Below, in pieces: positions 56,550 to 64,000 of a DNA stretch of 64,000 nucleotides (its first letter is position 1; every line of letters starts with the position of its first letter). Under the pieces are notes generated by a model, which was not told the DNA's origin, did no database searches, and worked only from the letters and a program-made list of their open reading frames with translations. Location of the stretch: contig OX597834.1 in the NCBI GenBank assembly GCA_951406725.2, positions 124,001 to 188,000 of the forward strand. The letters run 5' to 3'. Made by a program: the position numbers and the translations under genes. This DNA comes from Octopus vulgaris. Lineage: Eukaryota.

Positions 56550-56564
56550 CTCTTCTTTTTTCTC
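56550..56564 (-). CDS. Candidate 15-nt in-frame microexon of Cav2 (EKKEE)
   Basis: ttttttgcag|GAGAAAAAAGAAGAG|gtcagt. Phase 0 to 0, matching the flanking exons. Confidence 0.55.
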
Positions 56565-57067
56565 CTGCAAAAAAGTACAACACTTTGACAGGTGTGTGTC
56601 AACTAACAAAGCAAAAGGGCCACAAATGAGATAATGGGGCAATTAACAAGAACAATGGTATGGGAACAGCTAAAGTCTTAAGAGTTTTGCTTTTAAAGAA
56701 ATGTACAGAACAATATATGGAACAGAAATGTAGAAACTCAAAACAGAGATGTTTGCATGTGCTTGCACGTACGTACGTGTGTAAAAGAAATACACTATGT
56801 TGAATATAGCATAAATATCCAGAACAAAAATGTGTTTTAATTTTCAAAATCAACAGTTTATATAATTCTGAAATAAAGCAAATAAAACTATAAACGATTC
56901 TCTCATTAGCTTCACAAGGAATTCATCAAAACTGTCCTAAAAGACTTGTTATATTTTATCAGGACATAATTTATCACTTTTGAAATTTTTTTAAAAAAAA
57001 GAAACTCTTTAATAACAAAATAATAAAAAATTCTGGGTGTAGTTTTTTTTTTTTTTTAATTACTTAC

Positions 57068-57177
57068 CATTTTTAAACTATTATTCTGGTTTTGACTAGC
57101 TTTGTAAGCTCGCCAGTTTTCAGCTACTAAAAGTCCAGTGTAGATTTTTCCAACTGTCAATTTCCGATCGTTTAATT
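57068..57177 (-). CDS. CACNA1A/B/E (Cav2, cac): Cav2 IQ-like exon (ELNDRKLTVGKIYTGLLVAENWRAYKASQNQNNSLKM)
   Basis: 110 nt, ttttttcag/gtaagt, phase 1 to 0. TVGKIY followed by an invertebrate Cav2-style IQ-like segment, rather than the Cav1 TVGKFYA..LIQ. Confidence 0.96.
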
Positions 57178-57919
57178 CTGAAAAAAAACCCAATATTTTC
57201 CAGTGATTACAGGGAGAAAAAAAAAACATCTGATTGAAAATGTGAGATAAAAAGTAGTTTCAGTGACTATTTCACCTTAGATCAGACCTCGTCAAGCACA
57301 TCTATAATTAAAACTCTTCTGACCATAGCCATCTAGCACTATTTTAAATTTAAAGGGAATGTGAGTGCATGTATGGAGGTGGGGGATGAAGGAGATTAGG
57401 CTGCTATTTCTAGTAGGGTAAGCATCTTCTAGGTTAAAAACAGATCAAAAGAGTTGTAGTAAACTGTAAAATATGTCATAACATTTTATAGTGATCTAAG
57501 AAAAATAATGGCAAGATTATGTTACACTGATGAGATAGAAAAAGACTGAAACAAGTATGGAGTTATCACTGACAAACTCTCAGCCCACATCATATTTTTA
57601 ATTAATTAAAATTTCTAAGCTGACTTCCCTTTCTTGATACTATAATAATTGAGATCATGAATGTTTCAATCAGGTACAAGAGTAATTTTATTTAACTGTA
57701 GCAATTAGTTGAAAATAAAAACTTTATAGTAATTAATGAGGATATATTATAAACATAATTAACTTCCCTATATATAGTTGTCCCTTGTTTTATATGTGAG
57801 TCATCATGCAAATTGAAATTGTGTAAATCAACGGTGTTAAAAGAAAATTTTAATAATTTTAAATTATTAAATTTAAAATTTAAATAATTATTTATTGAAA
57901 TTAGGACAATAAATTATTG

Positions 57920-58400
57920 GTGCCAGCAGCATTATCTCATCTTTGAGTCCTTCCTTTACGATGAAACTGTTGATGCCTTTGTAGAGCAATTCTTGCATAA
58001 GTGTCAAAGGCAATGTGAGTGGAGGATGAGATGGTTGAGCCATTCTCTCCTGTAATTTGATTTCTTCCTTTACTCTTCTAATGGCTTTGAAGGTTTTCGA
58101 TTTGATGGTGATGGAACACTGCCATTCAGTACAGAAGATTGTGTTTCAAACGATTTAGGCTCAATTCCAGTAGCTTTCAGTGTTGCTTTAAGTTGGACCC
58201 TGTATCTTTGAAGAGGGCAACCCCATGGTCTTTTTTGCCAATGTGAGCTCACTAAATAAGACTTGGCACTCTTCCATTCTTGCTACATGTCCTGACCATT
58301 GAAGACAGGATTTCATGATCAGTGATTTGATACTTTGACTGCTGACTCTTTCCAAGACATTGTTGTTGTTCACATAATGTTCTCATTTGATGCTCAAGAT
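57920..58400 (-). mobile_element. Decayed RTE-clade LINE, 3' ORF fragment
   Basis: LQWSGHVARME..VLFSEL and RPWGCPLQRYRVQLKATLK. Confidence 0.8.
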
Positions 58401-58991
58401 TGAATAAACGTTTCGCTGGTGAAAACTTTCTAATTAGAGACCCTTTACTATTTTTTCCACAATATTACAATGTACAACTGGTGTGCATTTTAAAGTTACT
58501 AAAGACCCAGCATTTTAAAGTGGTTCCAATTTTTTTTCTTGTCTCTTTTCTGTTCTGTTATTTCTTTTATATCAAGATGTTTCAATTTCAGTGGATTTAA
58601 TAACATATTAATTTTCTTGACATTTGAAATGTTATTATTCAATCGCAAAAATATTTAATAAAACCTAGAAATATTGCACACTTTCGCATTAGCCTAAGTT
58701 GTGGTTCACCTCTGTCATCAGAGAAATGAAATGAGAAAGAAAAAAAAGAAAAACCTGTATATATAGCAAGAAAAAGAAAAGCCAAATGAAATCATGCACA
58801 CTGAGTGCCAAGTAAACTGCAGCAGAACTGAATATTCACACACAGATTTTTAACAGAGAATATGTTGTACCCTTTCAAACCTGCAACCAAAGAGAGCTGC
58901 TCTTCCACACTTGTTATGCCTCTATTAAGGACAGATGCCCACCCCTCTTGCTATTTCTCTCTTGAACAATGAAATGAGGTTATTTACTTAC

Positions 58992-59096
58992 CATGGTTTG
59001 GAGGAACAAGAAGATCTACAATTTTTTTCCCATGTACAGGCCACACCCGTTTGATGACTTCTCGCATTTCTTCATCTTTCCTATCCATTTCATCAG
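58992..59096 (-). CDS. CACNA1A/B/E (Cav2, cac): Cav2 pre-IQ exon (ADEMDRKDEEMREVIKRVWPVHGKKIVDLLVPPNH)
   Basis: 105 nt, ttttacag/gtaagt, phase 1 to 1. Conserved WP...K..DLLVPP motif. Confidence 0.96.
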
Positions 59097-59520
59097 CTGT
59101 AAAAGACAAGCAAAATTAATCATTTGAGACAATTACTTGGCATTAAAGAAGAATTGTTAATAAATTATATGGAAACAGAATGTTATAGCCTTTCTTTTAT
59201 TCCATTTTTTATTGGAACGGTGCAATGATGATGTAGCCAAAGTCTTCACCAGACCCTGTCAATTGATGTTGCGTTTTAATAGATGTCAGAAAAAAATGTG
59301 AAGAGAGGGGTAATTCCATAGTGACCGATATTCTGGGGAAGAAGTCCTGCATGGGGAAGGATGATAAAATATGGTTAATAAAGTGAGTTTGAAATGTTTG
59401 TGTGGTGATGGAAGGAGAGGCAACAGCAATAAGGGACGAAGGCCAGAGTTGTAGCAACAGAATAGAATAGAGAGCAAAGAGATACTCTCCTCCCCCATGT
59501 TGAGCAGAGGTTGGACTTAC

Positions 59521-59626
59521 CTGAACTTATTTTTATTGACAAGGACTCTCGCACTAAAGCAAAAAGGGTTGTTGAAAAGTGTACAGTTCCATCTTCATTT
59601 ACTGGCATATTCATTCGTATCAATTT
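59521..59626 (-). CDS. CACNA1A/B/E (Cav2, cac): Cav2 exon ([35 protein letters not shown])
   Basis: 106 nt, gtgcag/gtaagt, phase 0 to 1. Conserved pre-IQ motif, also visible in ORF 59375..59632. Confidence 0.97.
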
Positions 59627-59857
59627 CTGCACAACAGAAAAACAAACATAGCTCGAAATTGATGTTACTTTTTGGTTTGTTTAAAACCGAATGCAAATCC
59701 ATGAACACAACCATTCGTTTTACTTGAATTAGATATTTTACAAATAGAATCTGAGTAAGAGCCAAATGTACCGCTTTAAATTAAAGGTGATGTTTACAGT
59801 TTAAGTAGTTTATAAAAAAAGGCAAAATAACAGAGAACAAACTTGAAAACCACATAC

Positions 59858-59954
59858 TCTATAGGCCAATCTGTAGGGGCAATTTTTCCCAAAACCTACA
59901 GGTGGCTCCATTCTCTTCAACATTTCGTACATGTCAGTGTAATGTATTCTCCCT
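59858..59954 (-). CDS. CACNA1A/B/E (Cav2, cac): Cav2 EF-hand exon ([32 protein letters not shown])
   Basis: 97-nt exon, ttttacag/gtatgt, phase 2 to 0, in frame with its neighbours. GRIHY..MY.ML..M.PP.GFG..CP.R.AY is Cav2-type. Confidence 0.97.
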
Positions 59955-60621
59955 CTGTAAAAAGAATATTATCAAAGAAATAATCTGATAGAAAATAATG
60001 TTGAGTAATTCAAAACTGAATAATTCCAAAGTTAAATGAAGAAAAGAGCAGAAACATGAAGACGTAGTAATGTTGATTAAAACCTGTTTATTAAATGATA
60101 GCAATTAAAATTTGTTTATTAAACAGCAATAATTGAAACTTACATATCAAATGACATAACTCTGGGTTTGAGAAATGAATTTATTTCTAATGGGTTTGTT
60201 AAGGTGGAAGAGCAGTAGTTCTGACCGATTTCAAGGTCTTGAAAACTGGTCAGAGGAAAGGAAATGGCAGCCAATTGTCAAGTGGTAGAGTATATCTACC
60301 ATCCAAGAAGAGGAAAGAACTTTCTGATTGGAATCCACACAGTTTCTGTGAAATAAATTCATGAGACTTTGGCTGTCTCAAAATTTGAACCTACAACTGA
60401 ACACTCTTGCTTCTAAAAATCTAACCTAATGGAACACTGTTGTGAAGCAAACTTCTTAACCACACAGCCATGCCCACCTCTTGATGCATTCACTGATAAT
60501 CTCATCATAATTTCCCTTTTCTAAACTCTCTAACAGATCACATAGCAGCTGCTGACCACAAGCAAATTATTAAAATAACTAATAATAATTACTGGTATCT
60601 AGTTTATGTTGAAACCCAGTA

Positions 60622-62125
60622 TCGTAAAAACCCATGTAATTTGCGCAACTGTGTGATTTACGCAGGTGATTTTCAGGATAAAAGTTGTTAAAAAAGGCTT
60701 CAACTCATGTAAAATTCACCCCCAAAAGTTTTCAGGATTGCCGATATGGCCAGGGAGAAAAGGTTTTGAATTTAGTTGTATTTAGCATAATTTCACTTAT
60801 TTATGACTAGATTTTATTAAATTTTCATTAAATAAAAATAATTTCTGTTTAACAGGTATCACATAGAAAGCTATTAAATTACAAAATGTTTGTGTTGTTT
60901 ATAATAAACTTGATTTTACTTTTCTTGCCCGCAAGAGATTATGTTTGATCTTTAGCATACTTCTGTCTTTTCAAATCACGATCACAGGGTAAGTTGTTGA
61001 AAATTCTTACCAACAAAAACAAAGCTGATAAATATGCACAAGTGTTGCCAATTAAGTTTAATTACCAATAAACAACAGCTTGGATGAAACTTTACTCAAC
61101 CGACAGAGGAAGGTGACTGATCAAACTGATTATGTAAACAGATTTCTGATTGGTCGAAAGTGTCTTCTTGTCTCAAGCTCTGATTTTCTGCTTATTCTTG
61201 TCAGAACCTTTGATATGGTGTATTGAAATTTTAATCCCTTTCACACTTATAAAATGTTAAGCAAACTTTAAAATTTGTCATTACCGTTTTAGCCGGGAGA
61301 CCAAACTATCTGTTTGGTAACCCACTGAAATAGACATTTTGCAATGTTTATTGAAAAAGAGAGGTGCGAAATTTAAGAAGTGACTTGTTAGAATATACAC
61401 GTCTGTGAGGAGACATAAACAAGAATAGCAAAAATCTACTCTACCAAAAGAACTGGTAATACATGCATTACAAGTGTTCTATGAAGAGAACATAAGATTG
61501 CTGTGTAATTCAACATGAATGTGAAATGCCATTAAACATCGTATAAGGTAAATGAAGGTTTCTGTAAGAACACCAAGTCATATTCACTTAGTGAGTTTAC
61601 ATGCACCAGGACGAATTATGATGTTGGTGTAGTCAACATTAGATGCAGTAATCAAGCTGATAGCGGCGATATTGGTGGTGAGGAATTTCACTGTGTCATA
61701 ACATGGAGAAAGTGAGCAAATAGCTTCCTGGTGCAAATGCAAGCTAGACTCCCTAAGCGGAGAAAAACTGATCTATTTAAACAAATTTCTGGGCTCCATT
61801 ATGATAGGTAGAAACTCCAAGTAATGTAAAATATAGCCCAGACCATGATTACCAGCATGAATGTCAAACTTCAAAAAGTAGTTAACCATTTAATGCTTTT
61901 AGTAAATTTATGCAGAAAAAGTAAGCATTATACTGTCCAACATAAATAAAAATCAACTTCATTATATTTTTTCTGTAAAAACCTATTCTGACATTAAATG
62001 ATTCAACTTCCCGTCCGTCATTTTCCAACAAAATGCTGGAAACGATCTACTTATGTGATTTATGCACCCTAAGGTTTGTTTTTGTTTTTGTAAAAAAAGT
62101 GCATAAATTACGTGGGTTTTTACAG
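60622..62125. mobile_element. Non-autonomous Tc1/mariner/pogo-type DNA transposon (~1.5 kb)
   Basis: TA-tcgtaaaaacccatgtaatttgcgca ... tgcataaattacgtgggtttttacag-TA. ~26-bp imperfect TIRs, no long ORF. Confidence 0.8.
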
Positions 62126-62324
62126 TAATTTTGAAGGGAGGGAATTTGAACTCAAAATATAAAGAGCAGAACAGAAACTACAGAACCGTTTTTTTTTTCC
62201 TGATGATTCTATAGTTTGCATCCACTTTCAGATGAAGTCATTTGCCAAATAAGTTCCATTCAAATATATTTCAATAAAAGACAGAGAAAAATTTAGTTGA
62301 AATAAAAAGTTGACAAGCACTTAC

Positions 62325-62452
62325 GTTGCAACAGGGTCATATTCAGCCCAAACTCTGTTATATTCGTCTAAATGATGTGGACCAAGAATTGAACTATCTC
62401 TTGTTAGATAGTCAAAGTTGTCCATAATTACGGCAACGAAAAGATTAAGCAT
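62325..62452 (-). CDS. CACNA1A/B/E (Cav2, cac): Cav2 calcium channel alpha-1 exon: end of IVS6 and start of C-terminus ([42 protein letters not shown])
   Basis: Hand translation gives the near-invariant HVA channel motif. Acceptor ttttacag, donor gtaagt. 128 nt, phase 0 to 2. Confidence 0.97.
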
Positions 62453-63429
62453 CTGTAAAAATGTGGAGAAAGATATATTGGGTAATATGTGAGAAAATAA
62501 ATATTAAGATCCAGAGGTAGAAAGATGGTCATTTAATACAGAGAAAGACAGAGATACCTTTTCCTGGCATTAGTTGGACATAACTTCACCAGTGAAATAA
62601 CTTCTAACAAATAAAATGACAGGGACTTGTCAAATTACCATATAAGTGACTGAGTATTCCACAGGCATGTAATTTTCAAGCTGAGTTTGTGTGACACAGT
62701 GTGAACTAAGGCTGAACTTTCAAATCCGAGGTTCAATCCTTCTGATGGGCTTCTGCAGTCTCCATGAACCCAATTTCCTTTCCAAGGCTTGAGTTGATGC
62801 AAGGCTATAGTAAATGACACTGGGCCAAGGTACCATGCAGTGGGATTGAACCAAGAATATCATTACTGGGAATTAAACTGCTTACTGCAGCAAAATTTTA
62901 GTTTGGTGCCTTTGTGTATATATACATGTATGAATGATATATACTTTTGTACACAATAATTAAAATTTGAGAAATTTGAGAAATTATTGTGTACAAAAGT
63001 ATATAAGTATATATTATAATTCATACAGATGTATATATACACACATACATATACAGGGGTTTGGAGCCAAATCATGGAATTTTTTTTATGTCTCCTTTAT
63101 TCAGGGATAGCTTGGATGTGTTGGTGAGCGAATCAATGGCAATGGAACATGAAGATTAAAATTGTAGTTGAGAAAAAGTTAAGCTGACATGGAGGACAAG
63201 AAACCATCTGAATATTGGAAATGTGTCATGATGGTTCGCACACCGGATATTAAAAGGCCAACATCATACCTGCTGCTCAATATCTTGTGGATACTGAAAA
63301 GGCTGTCAGCTGTAACAGGAACAGCTGCAACAAAGACTATGAAGCTGTGACCAGCAGGGAAGGACACAGCAAGCACTCTGACTGCATTCACATGTTGGGA
63401 TCCATCCCCTCATCTCTGAACAGGGATTT

Positions 63430-64000
63430 AGGCTCAAATTTAGATGGCTATGTGAAGCTGCTGGAAACTGGTCAAACCCTGGCTGGAGAGTGTTGCTAAT
63501 GGAAGATCATGTGTGGCAGCAGGATTTAAATCCTGGCCAAATCTCTAGGAAGATTCAGAAGTGGTTGTTGAAGAATTGGAGACATTTTATGACCTCTCCA
63601 GCCCCAATTTCTGGCCTCCCAAAAACCTCAAATGCAGTCCCATGGATTAATGCATACAGCAATCCAAGATCATATGGGTTTTTACGAAACAGACTGATCA
63701 TAAACTTCAAGCAAGGCAACCAGATATTGTTCTGGACAAAAGGGGTGAAAGAAGTGCATGTCATCATAAATGCGGCTATATCTGCAGACAAGAACAGAAG
63801 AAAACAGGAAAATACGAGGACTTGACCATGAAAATATGAAGACTGGAAGTTTTCTACAAAAGTAATCCCAGTTGTTACAGTTTCCCAAGCTACCATTACC
63901 AATAAAATTGATAGTTTCCTTATTGAGATTGGTGTAACTACGAGAGTTGCATTAATTCTGAAATCTGCTCTATTGGCAACAGCAAGGATAGTAAGAAAGG
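63430..64000 (+). mobile_element. Decayed Dong/R4-clade LINE, 3' fragment
   Basis: Remnants related to 240-1431: VIPVV, LKSALLATARIVRK, acagac...ccagatattgt. Confidence 0.65.

Noticed and set aside
59627-62324. Second, mutually exclusive EF-hand exon (vertebrate 37a/37b-like)
   Set aside because: Only one 97-nt exon found. The adjacent intron is largely a TIR element plus SINE remnants.

Overview
AT-rich, microsatellite-dense eukaryotic DNA. The SINE/Penelope content and the channel sequence point to a coleoid cephalopod, probably Octopus (inference). The window lies inside one large minus-strand gene, a Cav2-type voltage-gated calcium channel alpha-1 subunit. Seven exons read by hand splice in frame with GT-AG ends: end of IVS6, EF-hand, pre-IQ, IQ-like and two distal C-terminal exons. 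The ~51 kb intron after the IQ exon (6126-57067) holds several candidate frame-preserving cassette exons and microexons, including a 48-aa Asp/Glu/Tyr-rich exon, plus a possible alternative terminal exon. The introns carry Penelope-like elements (PLEs) and fold-backs with type I hammerhead ribozyme motifs, a 1.7 kb near-perfect palindrome, mariner/Tc-type remnants, Dong/R4 and RTE LINE fragments, SINEs and long (TA)n tracts. Most ORFs in the supplied track are microsatellite artefacts. No database searches or folding programs were run, and repeat boundaries are approximate.
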